In this document: positions 24,531 to 32,616 of the stretch, piece by piece
Layout of the letters: each line of letters opens with the position of its first letter
Position numbering within the stretch: the first letter of the stretch is position 1
Virus record (IMG/VR): IMGVR_UViG_3300032315_001715
Coordinates: 388,800 to 452,799 of that record
DNA: 64,000 nucleotides
Reading direction: 5' to 3' (one strand)
Notes under the pieces: generated by a model
Seen by the model: only the letters and a program-made list of their open reading frames with translations
What the model was told of the DNA's origin: nothing
The model's database searches: none
Translations under genes and position numbers: made by a program

Positions 24531-24671
24531 TTAGCAACAACGTGGCCCAACAGAACTACACCGTCTGGGGGTGCCTCTTGGAGGACTCTATGTCCTTGCA
24601 TTTTTTGCCATGTCATGCCAGCGTTCTGCGCCTTATCGTTGCCGCTGCGTATGCATGCTCTATGGCTTATT

Positions 24672-24747
24672 TGGGGTGACCGACGGGTACTGCCCCCGCT
24701 TGGATGGTTTCACAGACCACCGTCCATACTTACTGACTCCGGCCACC
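24672..24747 (-). tRNA. tRNA-His(GTG) with encoded G-1:C73
   Basis: GTGGT CTGTGAA ACCAT; G-1 and C73 present. Confidence 0.85.
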
Positions 24748-24889
24748 ATGTTAATGTACCCTGCCCGGGCTGTACCCAACAATAGGTGGGGCCTTGGCTT
24801 CTCGGTGCTAGGGTTATTTGTTTTCCTTGACCACGCTGGCCATTGGCCTTTCCCTACTTTTGTCATATCGGTAGTGGTTCTAAGGAACT

Positions 24890-24963
24890 TGGTTGGCCTG
24901 GATGGGATTGAACCATCATCGGTCGATTATCGGTCGACTGCTCTACCATTGAGCTACAAGCCA
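24890..24963 (-). tRNA. tRNA-Ile(GAT), C33
   Basis: GTCGA CCGATAA TCGAC. Confidence 0.85.
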
Positions 24964-24967
24964 GCAT

Positions 24968-25039
24968 TGGTTACGATTGGCGCTCACCGACCTAACCCGG
25001 GTTCACAGCCCAGCGAAGCGATGCGGCACTCTAATCGCA
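24968..25039 (-). tRNA. Degenerate tRNA-His(GTG)
   Basis: CTGGG CTGTGAA CCCGG; weak D/T arms; A73. Confidence 0.5.
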
Positions 25040-25042
25040 TAT

Positions 25043-25130
25043 TGGCAGAAGTGACAGGGTTCGAACCTGCTCAGGCGTTAGCTCACTGGTTTTGGAGACC
25101 AGCCCGTCTCTCCATCTACGGCGCACTTCC
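25043..25130 (-). tRNA. tRNA-Trp(CCA) with 15-nt variable region
   Basis: CTGGT CTCCAAA ACCAG; GGAAGTG/CACTTCT, G73. Confidence 0.8.
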
Positions 25131-25138
25131 ATAAAACT

Positions 25139-25210
25139 TGGTGGGATGCGGTGGAGTTTAACCACCCTCGACACTGCTACCAGTGCTCAGCCACCCGGCT
25201 GTTCCATCCC
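25139..25210 (-). ncRNA. tRNA-like RNA with shortened anticodon loop
   Basis: GGGATG/CATCCC-ACCA; GCACTG-GTAG-CAGTGT; T-arm GGTGG TTAAACT CCACC. Confidence 0.55.
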
Positions 25211-25216
25211 ATAAAC

Positions 25217-25307
25217 TGGTGGAGGGCTTTGGAGTCGAACCAAACAATGTGTTTTGCCGTAAACATTCATGGCTGGATGATGCCCGCACCACGCGAGCAA
25301 GCCCTCC
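25217..25307 (-). ncRNA. Type II tRNA-like RNA with 6-nt anticodon loop (Leu-like, A73)
   Basis: GGAGGGC/GCCCTCC-ACCA; 6-bp D-stem; TCAT-CCAGCC-ATGA; long V-arm; TTCGACT. Confidence 0.55.
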
Positions 25308-25313
25308 GTAAAT

Positions 25314-25389
25314 TGGTGGAGCATGTCGGTTCTGCCCCGACTACCTCCGCATTGCAAATGCGGCGCTCTCCTGATTGAGCTAATGCCCC
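25314..25389 (-). tRNA. tRNA-Ala(TGC)
   Basis: CCGCA TTTGCAA TGCGG; G3:U70; T-loop GGCAGAA. Confidence 0.9.
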
Positions 25390-25397
25390 AGTTAACC

Positions 25398-25495
25398 TGG
25401 CACCGGATCATGGATTCGAACCATGCAAGCGACTGTCCGTACTTCATCTGAGTCGCGCGCTTTTTGGATTGGGTTCACCAGCTCCCTCATCCGGT
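25398..25495 (-). ncRNA. tRNA-like RNA, anticodon arm replaced
   Basis: ACCGGAT/ATCCGGT-GCCA, normal D- and T-arms, GCGACT/AGTCGC stem instead of anticodon arm. Confidence 0.55.
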
Positions 25496-25504
25496 ATGTT
25501 ATTT

Positions 25505-25600
25505 TGGTGCATCGCCCGATGTCCGACTCGGCTCTTCCAACAACACCTTGCCTAGGCAACGTCGTTGGACGTTTTATCCGCTACTAAACTAGCCCGATGC
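25505..25600 (-). ncRNA. tRNA-like RNA with extended anticodon arm capped by TTGC-CTAG-GCAA
   Basis: GCATCG/CGATGC-ACCA; D-stem GTTT/AAAC; 9-bp TCCAACGAC/GTTGTTGGA. Confidence 0.5.
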
Positions 25601-25613
25601 ATATACAATATAT

Positions 25614-25698
25614 TGGTGGGAGTGGTAGGATTCGAACCTACTCACCCAAAGGAACGGATTTACAGTCCGCCGCCGCTCTCCAACTCAGCCGCACTCCC
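25614..25698 (-). tRNA. tRNA-Tyr(GTA)
   Basis: GCGGA CTGTAAA TCCGT; type II; A73. Confidence 0.95.
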
Positions 25699-25964
25699 AT
25701 GAAACCATCTGCGAAACAGCGCAACACGCTGCTTGGCGGATGGTTCCTAACTCGGGGGTGTTGCGCTTACATAACGCAACACCCCGTCATTTCTTCTTAC
25801 ATGCCGGGACCTAAGTGGATGCTTGGCCCAGTTGCGCCGTGGTTCCTGTGCCGCGATGCGGACAGTCAGCACGAAACTCCTGGAGTTCCAAACGATCCGC
25901 ATGGTTTCCCAGCAACTTATCGTTTCCTGATTCGATTTTTAAACAGCACAACTTTGAAAACAAT

Positions 25965-25995
25965 AAAAAACCCCGGTAAGCTGTTGCTTCCGGGG
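25965..25995 (-). terminator. Intrinsic terminator (attenuator) upstream of the tRNA array
   Basis: CCCCGG AAGC-AACA-GCTT A CCGGGG TTTTTT. Confidence 0.9.
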
Positions 25996-26041
25996 CCTGT
26001 CCACTTGTTTTGATCCAATGATCAATCTAGGTGGCAGACCC
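25993..26041 (-). promoter_or_regulatory. Antiterminator helix overlapping leader ORF end and terminator 5' arm
   Basis: GGGTCTG-CCAC (26041..26031) pairs with GTGG-A-CAGGCCC (26004..25993): 11 bp, one bulge. Confidence 0.75.
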
Positions 26042-26104
26042 TCGTGTATCAGGCTTTTGGGCCCAATGGCTAAACAGTTCGACGCGATAATTCATTGTAA
26101 TCAT
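26027..26104 (-). CDS. 25-aa attenuator leader peptide MITMNYRVELFSHWAQKPDTRGSAT
   Basis: Below ORF-track cutoff; lies between promoter and terminator; AAGGA 14 nt upstream; 19 of 20 amino acids. Confidence 0.75.
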   Translation of the reverse strand: MITMNYRVELFSHWAQKPDTRGSAT

Positions 26105-26138
26105 TGTTGAAGAGAAAATCCTTTTTGTCTCGTGCAGT

Positions 26139-26168
26139 TATTTATACACGCTTTATTTAGCGTGTCAA
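26139..26168 (-). promoter_or_regulatory. Promoter of tRNA array: TTGACA-N16-TATAAA overlapping late TATAAATA
   Basis: Minus strand TTGACA cgctaaataaagcgtg TATAAATA. Confidence 0.75.
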
Positions 26169-26293
26169 CCACTTTCTGCCGTTGAATTGGTATTATTTCA
26201 ACCTTTTCCGTGCAAAGCGTGATCAACTCCGCCGTGCCATGTGTTTACAACGGTATGGCAAAGCTGTCAACCGTGTTTTTTGGCGTTTGATCG

Positions 26294-26497
26294 TTAGCAA
26301 CGATAGTAGCAGCGTCCACCGTAATATGGACGTGGTGCATAATAGGACCGAGGTGCGTAATAGGGCCGAGGTGCCACATAAACTGGCGGCCTATGGACGA
26401 TCACCGGTGCAGGCGCCACATAGTACGGATCGGCCGGATAAACCGCACATCCGGGGAGGGCAACGATCAAGCATGCTGCTAACAGGAACTTTTTCAT
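26294..26497 (-). CDS. Small Pro/Tyr/Arg-rich putative lipoprotein
   Basis: MKKFLLAACLIVALPGC lipobox, YYAPR repeats. Confidence 0.7.
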   Translation of the reverse strand: MKKFLLAACLIVALPGCAVYPADPYYVAPAPVIVHRPPVYVAPRPYYAPRSYYAPRPYYGGRCYYRC

Positions 26498-26505
26498 GCA
26501 ATTAT

Positions 26506-26775
26506 TTACCGACACACGCGATACGATACATATTGTTTCAGATAGTGGTCGTATCTGTTTTCCCAATAGCACGTTGGACGATACCGATGTGGTTCATAAT
26601 GGTATCTCGGCGGGGCATAATATCGCGGAGGCTCGTGATATCTATGTTGATAGTGGTGATGATGGGGACGATCGTATCGCCGACGGTGATCATGATATTG
26701 GGCAGCGGCATCCGCCGTTCCCAATCCTAGAGTGATCACCGTTGCTGTGATCAGCAGCTTGCCCAAACGGTTCAT
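26506..26775 (-). CDS. Small secreted His/Tyr/Arg-rich protein
   Basis: Signal peptide ending ADA; C-terminal C..VCR. Confidence 0.7.
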   Translation of the reverse strand: MNRLGKLLITATVITLGLGTADAAAQYHDHRRRYDRPHHHHYQHRYHEPPRYYAPPRYHYEPHRYRPTCYWENRYDHYLKQYVSYRVCR

Positions 26776-26817
26776 GCCGTGCCCTTTCCGTGCGATCCTC
26801 AGACCGCAATACTTATA

Positions 26818-27357
26818 TTATAGCATCGTCGACGGATTGGTCAAGCCGATTTCTTGCAATATTCGTGTCACGGCCCATTCACCGCCGACGACGGTCTTGA
26901 ACGGTATGTCACGTGCGTCCAACAGGGCTGCGACCTTTTGATCATAGATCTCGGCTGCTTCTAGATCCTTTTGATTTCGCCCAATGGGATTGTACTCAAA
27001 ATTCCGCTGCAAGAGGAAGTTATGATTTTCAAAGGAGTCAAACACCTCCATGACGAGATCACGAAAGTTGTTGCTCAGGGAGCCTTCCCTGAGATATACC
27101 AATCCAAGTGCAATTGGGCTATCGGTAATGACCCAGTCTATGCGGTGATCGCGAAGCCTGGAAATCCGGCGTTGCTGCTTGGCAAAGATATAGATCTGAT
27201 CCTCGAGGATGTTGTGCCGACCTTCCCATACCATGTCCTTGGCGTATTCGGTAACCAGCTCAACTTCCAGCCGCATTTTTTTCATTTCATAGAACAAACC
27301 AGCCGCCGTGGTGCTCTTACCAGCGCCGGGACCGCCGAACAAATTGATTACCTGCAT
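26818..27357 (-). CDS. P-loop kinase (NadR/AAA_28-like)
   Basis: INLFGGPGAGKST, EYAKD, VITDSP. Confidence 0.8.
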   Translation of the reverse strand: MQVINLFGGPGAGKSTTAAGLFYEMKKMRLEVELVTEYAKDMVWEGRHNILEDQIYIFAKQQRRISRLRDHRIDWVITDSPIALGLVYLREGSLSNNFRDLVMEVFDSFENHNFLLQRNFEYNPIGRNQKDLEAAEIYDQKVAALLDARDIPFKTVVGGEWAVTRILQEIGLTNPSTML

Positions 27358-27382
27358 GGTATTCTCCCCTGAGAATTGTGTT

Positions 27383-28183
27383 TTACAAGCGGCGTTCAAG
27401 CTCTGCCGCAACACTAGCGGCTAGATCAGCGTCATACCCATCCTTGTCCTCGTTGAGGGCATCCATGTTCTCCATGGCCCACATGTAGTAATCCGTTTCA
27501 ATTTCGGACAACAGCTTGCCACGATTCTTGCCAAATGGCCATGTTACCACGATCAACGGTTTCCAACACAAGGCATGTATCTGCTCACCTAGATCCGGGC
27601 CCTCGGTAACCTGGTTGGTAGCAAGGGCGTAGTCAACCAGGAACTCAAAAAGCAAGGCACATGTTATGGTATCGGCTCCCGCCCTGTGGGCACCTAGCTC
27701 GTCGGGAACCGGCAGATCAAGCTTGTAGCGAAGATAGCTGAGATTATATTGTAAATCAGGGAAATCAACGTTGAGAAGCTGCTTGCTTAGCCGGTGCGTG
27801 CAAATCCACTTGGATCTGTCAGCGGCAATCTCAGCATCCTCGATTGAACCTGCGTTGGCCCATGCATACATCAGCACGTCTTGATCGTACTTGCAGTTGT
27901 GGGCTACCAAATATGGTTGCGTCCACCCGAGGATATGCTTGGCCTGATCTGGTGCATCGAGCATGGTTGGCAAACCCTCGATCATTCGATTGCTGATGTG
28001 ATTCTTGGCGGATGCTTCCGGAGGTATGCCGTTTTCGGCGCCGAACAACATGTCAGAAACCTGCCATCTCTGCCCGTCGTAGCGAGCCCCGGCGATTTCA
28101 ACTATTTCTGCTTGTGCTGGGTGTAGATTTGTGGTTTCGGTATCAAGCACCGATACGGTGCTGAGAAATGTGTCTCTGTTCAT
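27383..28183 (-). CDS. DEDDh 3'-5' exonuclease (exonuclease X/DnaQ-like)
   Basis: VLDTETT, VEIA, LVAHNCKYD, AHRAGAD; C-terminal WPFGKNRGK. Confidence 0.9.
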   Translation of the reverse strand: MNRDTFLSTVSVLDTETTNLHPAQAEIVEIAGARYDGQRWQVSDMLFGAENGIPPEASAKNHISNRMIEGLPTMLDAPDQAKHILGWTQPYLVAHNCKYDQDVLMYAWANAGSIEDAEIAADRSKWICTHRLSKQLLNVDFPDLQYNLSYLRYKLDLPVPDELGAHRAGADTITCALLFEFLVDYALATNQVTEGPDLGEQIHALCWKPLIVVTWPFGKNRGKLLSEIETDYYMWAMENMDALNEDKDGYDADLAASVAAELERRL

Positions 28184-28644
28184 TCCACATGTGTAATACC
28201 GTTACCGTGGAATGTAAATCTCAGAAAGAAAAAGGCCTGCTTGTTTTGCAGGTTTTGGACCATGAACCAGTAGGTGTCATTTTGATAGATCCATTGATAG
28301 AGATCAGCTTCTTGCAGGTTGTTTTCGTCGGCTTGATCCAACACCCAAAAGTTCCATTTGCATCCATTTGGTCCAAGATTTATGGTACCCTGGGATGACA
28401 CCGGTGCGGCCGTCATGCTGATACCAACCGGTTCTCGTGACGGCCAACAGCGTATCACCGGAACGAAACAGCTTTCAAATGGTGTGGTGTCAGCCGCGTC
28501 AACAACCACCTGGTTGTAGTACCTGCGCATCTTGAACGGGAAACACAGCGTGGTTGACGGTGGAAGAACGTAATAGTGTTCTTTTTCCAGGGTAGTAACG
28601 ATCTTTGACCCTTGTGGAAGGCCGCCGGAATAGTAGGTGCTCAT
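28180..28644 (-). CDS. Hypothetical protein
   Basis: ORF with TAAATA 4 nt upstream; stop overlaps next start. Confidence 0.65.
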   Translation of the reverse strand: MSTYYSGGLPQGSKIVTTLEKEHYYVLPPSTTLCFPFKMRRYYNQVVVDAADTTPFESCFVPVIRCWPSREPVGISMTAAPVSSQGTINLGPNGCKWNFWVLDQADENNLQEADLYQWIYQNDTYWFMVQNLQNKQAFFFLRFTFHGNGITHVE

Positions 28645-28691
28645 GATATATTTATCGCTAAATAACCCAAAGCAATTGGTGGTCTTGAGAA

Positions 28692-30047
28692 ATGAGCATT
28701 TACAACTATCCTGTCACTGGATTACCTGGTCCAACTGGTATCACGGGTGCGATCGGTCCAACCGGAAATACCGGACCAACCGGAAATACTGGACCAAGTG
28801 GCATCAGCTTCACCGGGCCTACCGGTGCAACTGGCGCCGATTCCACGATAACCGGGCCTACCGGTGCAACCGGTGATTCTTTCACCGGACCAACCGGCGC
28901 GACCGGATCTGATTCAATGGTAACCGGTCCTACCGGCGCGACGGTTACTGGTCCCACGGGAGAACGCGGTCCAACCGGTGCGACCGGCCGAGCTAGCACG
29001 GTTGCTGGTCCCAGCGGTCCGACCGGACAGCGAGGTTTCACCGGCCCGATCGGGCTGCGTGGTGCAACAGGTCCGTCGGGCGTAACGGGTTCGACCGGAC
29101 CATTTGGTGAGGGCAGCACGGGTCCGCAGGGTGAGGTTGGTCCAGAAGGACCGACGGGTCCCAGCGGTGCAGGCAGCACGGGACCTTCGGGTGCCACCGG
29201 ACCAGCTGGGGGTCCTACTGGATCCCCAGGATCGACCGGTACTACCGGACCGACAGGTCGAGCAGGTACCAGTTTCACCGGTCCAACAGGTTCACAGGGC
29301 ACCATTGGAGCACAGGGACCAACCGGTGCGACCGGTGCCCAGGGAGTGCAGGGCCTGACCGGGTCACCATCGACCACACCAGGACCAACCGGTCCGCAAG
29401 GATCGCAGGGCAATGCCGGTGCAACAGGACCAACTGGGGCAAGTGGTGCTACTGGTCCGCAGGGATTGATCGGAAATACCGGTCCACAGGGTGTGCAAGG
29501 CCCACAGGGCAATGTTGGTGCCACGGGCGCTATCGGTACAACAGGTGCCACGGGCGCTACCGGTACAACCGGACCGCAGGGTGTGCAGGGGTCACAAGGC
29601 AATCTAGGATCAACCGGGACCACGGGTGCTACCGGTGCTACCGGTGCTACCGGCCCAACAGGGCTGCTAGGATCAACAGGTCCACGGGGGTCACAGGGTA
29701 ATCTAGGTGCCACTGGATCAACCGGATCGACCGGGCCAACCGGCGTGTCAAGCTATCCAACATCTAGATCCCAGGTAACCACATCGACATGGAATGCGGT
29801 GATCACCGATCAATACCTCGGCGTGACCTACTCTGGTAACGTAACCATTAATCTTCCCACGGGAGTTGATCAAAAGGGATTGATAATCAAGGATGAAAAC
29901 GGGTCTGCTAACAGCAATCCCATCACCTTGGTGCCGAACGGTTCCCAGACCATTGACGGTCAATCGTCGGTCAGCATTAACAACAGCCACGGTGCCGCAA
30001 CGTTATGGTTCCACAGCGGTGTTTGGCATGTGATAAGCAAGGCATGA
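28692..30047 (+). CDS. Collagen-like (G-X-T) virion fibre protein
   Basis: About 350 aa of GPT/GAT triplets; C-terminal fibre domain [19 protein letters not shown]. Confidence 0.85.
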   Translation: MSIYNYPVTGLPGPTGITGAIGPTGNTGPTGNTGPSGISFTGPTGATGADSTITGPTGATGDSFTGPTGATGSDSMVTGPTGATVTGPTGERGPTGATGRASTVAGPSGPTGQRGFTGPIGLRGATGPSGVTGSTGPFGEGSTGPQGEVGPEGPTGPSGAGSTGPSGATGPAGGPTGSPGSTGTTGPTGRAGTSFTGPTGSQGTIGAQGPTGATGAQGVQGLTGSPSTTPGPTGPQGSQGNAGATGPTGASGATGPQGLIGNTGPQGVQGPQGNVGATGAIGTTGATGATGTTGPQGVQGSQGNLGSTGTTGATGATGATGPTGLLGSTGPRGSQGNLGATGSTGSTGPTGVSSYPTSRSQVTTSTWNAVITDQYLGVTYSGNVTINLPTGVDQKGLIIKDENGSANSNPITLVPNGSQTIDGQSSVSINNSHGAATLWFHSGVWHVISKA

Positions 30048-30084
30048 TGCACCACATAAATATCATGAGATTGGATGACAAGAA

Positions 30085-31038
30085 ATGACCGTAGGTAGCC
30101 GAGTAAATCCCAACTTTCCGATACCTGGCATCGACCAAAGCAGCCGCGGTTTCCGCGATAACTTTGCCACGATCAAACAGGAAATCGAAAACATACAAAG
30201 CAAGCACATACAGCTGACTGGGGCGTTCATCAGCGATCCGATTGAAATTGGCAATGGCGAGAGCGACGTAATAATACCTGTCAACGTTAGCCTTACCAAC
30301 ATACAAGCGGCTGGGGCTAATCTCAGCGTTCAATACAATCTAAACAACACCATCACCGGTTCAGAGATGTATTATAATTCCGGCCGTGTTGGTATCAACA
30401 CCAGCCTACCAACCGAAGCGCTGGATGTGGTGGGTAACATCAAGATCGTCAACGGTGAATCCACCACCATGCAGCTTGGTAGCAATCTACGCATCAAGGC
30501 TGGTCAGGCATCAACCGTATTTTCGATCAACAATTCAAATATCATCGTCATTGACAACGCCAACAGTTATGTAGGCATTGGTACCAATCCAATGACCACC
30601 CTTGACATGGTGTCGGCCAACTCTGATGCCATGATGATACGATACACCAAAAACAACAGTGATAGCGGTGTTCGTTTGACGACAACCCAGACCAACACCA
30701 CCCTGGCCACGGTATTTGAGCAGAGAAACACCAACAAGGTCGGCGGCATGCGATTGGATCAGCAAGGCAATCTAAGCCTGCATGTCAACGAAAGCATGGA
30801 TGCTAATCTCAGTGATGCCAGCCGTGTCGTGGTGATATTGCCAAACAACAACGTTGGTATCGGTTCAATGGTACCAAAAAATCAGCTGGATGTGCAAGGC
30901 AATGCGCATGTCAGCGGTATGCTGTCGGTCGGATCAGTGCCAAGCATAACCGGATCAAGGGGTGGTAACGCTGCCTTGGCCAGCTTGCTGACCGCCCTGG
31001 TTGGCATGGGACTCATAGTAGACAACACAACAGCATGA
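30085..31038 (+). CDS. Virion/tail-fibre-like protein
   Basis: Repeated GRVGINT/NVGIG..LDV fibre motifs. Confidence 0.7.
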   Translation: MTVGSRVNPNFPIPGIDQSSRGFRDNFATIKQEIENIQSKHIQLTGAFISDPIEIGNGESDVIIPVNVSLTNIQAAGANLSVQYNLNNTITGSEMYYNSGRVGINTSLPTEALDVVGNIKIVNGESTTMQLGSNLRIKAGQASTVFSINNSNIIVIDNANSYVGIGTNPMTTLDMVSANSDAMMIRYTKNNSDSGVRLTTTQTNTTLATVFEQRNTNKVGGMRLDQQGNLSLHVNESMDANLSDASRVVVILPNNNVGIGSMVPKNQLDVQGNAHVSGMLSVGSVPSITGSRGGNAALASLLTALVGMGLIVDNTTA

Positions 31039-31052
31039 TCTGGAGCAGATAG

Positions 31053-31382
31053 ATGGTCACCCAAACACCAAAAATATTCGGACAAAACAAACCCGACGCT
31101 GGTATCAACACCAATCTGTTCACGGTGTCGACCGGTAACAACGCACAGATCAGCATCTTTGTTGCCAACCAGCTGGAAGATTACGATCGGTTTAACATCG
31201 CGTTGGTCCCAGCATCGACCAGCCAACAACCGGAAAACTATCTTGCATATTCAACCCCGTTAAGCGCCAACGGAGTGCTGGCATTTAGCGGTATCTATCT
31301 AAATTCAGGGGACAAGGTATTCGTGTCGTCTGAGCTAGGCAACTGTTCGTTTACCGCAACTGGTATTGATTTTAGCGCATGA
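31053..31382 (+). CDS. Hypothetical virion-associated beta-sandwich protein
   Basis: Clean ORF after GGAG; beta-rich sequence. Confidence 0.6.
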   Translation: MVTQTPKIFGQNKPDAGINTNLFTVSTGNNAQISIFVANQLEDYDRFNIALVPASTSQQPENYLAYSTPLSANGVLAFSGIYLNSGDKVFVSSELGNCSFTATGIDFSA

Positions 31383-31422
31383 TCAGCTCAGTTTGGCCTG
31401 TTGTTACGTAAATATGCCGGCA

Positions 31423-31689
31423 ATGGGCAAACTGATAAGATTCCCTGGCAAGAAAACACCATCCAAGATCCGCTTGGAGGATTTCTTCCTCCAACGGCTT
31501 CCAGACCATCAACAATATTGCGATCTTGGTAACGTGCAGTTTACCTGTGCATCATGCGGAAACGTTTCCAAGTTCTCATTCACCGGCGTGGTGTTTAGGG
31601 AATGCCATTTTTATTGCAGCCAGTGTGGCGTCGGATATAAGCTTAACAATCCACTATTTGGTCGCAAACGCGGCTCTGGGAGCCAGTAA
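31423..31689 (+). CDS. Small zinc-ribbon protein
   Basis: CASC..CSQC; upstream TAAATA; alternative start 31414. Confidence 0.6.
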   Translation: MGKLIRFPGKKTPSKIRLEDFFLQRLPDHQQYCDLGNVQFTCASCGNVSKFSFTGVVFRECHFYCSQCGVGYKLNNPLFGRKRGSGSQ

Positions 31690-31955
31690 TGTTTGGCGGA
31701 GATCATCCATTTTCAATACCACTGGGAGAGCTAACATCAGAAGAGCTCGACCAACGCTACTCCACGCTGATGAATCGCTGGCACATTGCCCGACGCATGA
31801 ACATGGATCAGGGAGTCATGCATCAGCTTGATCTGCTGCTGTCATCGATCGACATGGAAAAAGAAAAGCGTGCTGCCGTTGACGATCGCATCAACGGTGT
31901 AGTATTAGATACAGACCCGATCCAAATGAACGGATCCAAAGAAAAGAGAACTTAA
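31689..31955 (+). CDS. Hypothetical protein
   Basis: Translationally coupled ORF. Confidence 0.65.
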   Translation: MFGGDHPFSIPLGELTSEELDQRYSTLMNRWHIARRMNMDQGVMHQLDLLLSSIDMEKEKRAAVDDRINGVVLDTDPIQMNGSKEKRT

Positions 31956-31956
31956 A

Positions 31957-32616
31957 TTGCCTTTGATCCTGGAAACCAAGATGCATGCGGCATTTCGCAT
32001 CATCAGGTTATTGGATAATCAATTGATCGCTAGCAACTGCATCATTGATTGTTCCATTGATATCTTGCCAACATCTAACCCGTCAAATGCCAAGGATCGC
32101 ATAAAAGCCATGCGTTTATGGATCGAGGAATACCTCGACGGTGCGTTAGCATTTGGCATCAATACCAATGCTAATACTGAAACCTTTGAATCCATCGGAA
32201 ATCAGATCATGATGTGCCCTGATGATCCGCACGATTATCTGTTGCTGTTGTTGATACACAGCAAGCTGGATGCCATCGGCGGCAGTGGGATCGTGGTATC
32301 AAAAACCAATCTAATCTCGGATACCGGAGAAGGATTTTCCAATTCCGTTGAAGGAACTGCGGAGGATTGGTTACCAGTGAATTCCCAATGGATCGGAGAG
32401 CCTGCATATCACGATCGCCCTTGGTGGCACCGAGACGACAGCAGCACGGTTGATATGAAATATGAGGAAGGTGAGGACATCACCGATGTTCCAGAGCTTG
32501 GTATCAATCTCATTGAGCTCGTTGGCCAAAAGCAGCCATCTCCCGATAATGAACAACCGTTGGCCGAAATCGTCAAGCCGGCATTTAAACCTCGAGTGCT
32601 AACACTGGATGATTGA
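31957..32616 (+). CDS. Hypothetical protein
   Basis: Operon-like packing; start may be ATG 31981. Confidence 0.65.
   Translation: MPLILETKMHAAFRIIRLLDNQLIASNCIIDCSIDILPTSNPSNAKDRIKAMRLWIEEYLDGALAFGINTNANTETFESIGNQIMMCPDDPHDYLLLLLIHSKLDAIGGSGIVVSKTNLISDTGEGFSNSVEGTAEDWLPVNSQWIGEPAYHDRPWWHRDDSSTVDMKYEEGEDITDVPELGINLIELVGQKQPSPDNEQPLAEIVKPAFKPRVLTLDD

Noticed and set aside
25505-25600. Amber suppressor tRNA (CTA)
   Set aside because: CTA lies in a 4-nt loop on an over-long arm with no U33/purine-37 context.
26182-26730. 182-aa plus-strand ORF
   Set aside because: Antisense to two minus-strand genes with clear signal peptides.
28706-29713. Long antisense Pro/Val-rich ORFs (also 42542.., 45419.., 63182..)
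   Set aside because: Mirror frames of Gly-X-Thr and fibre repeats, which lack stops on the opposite strand.
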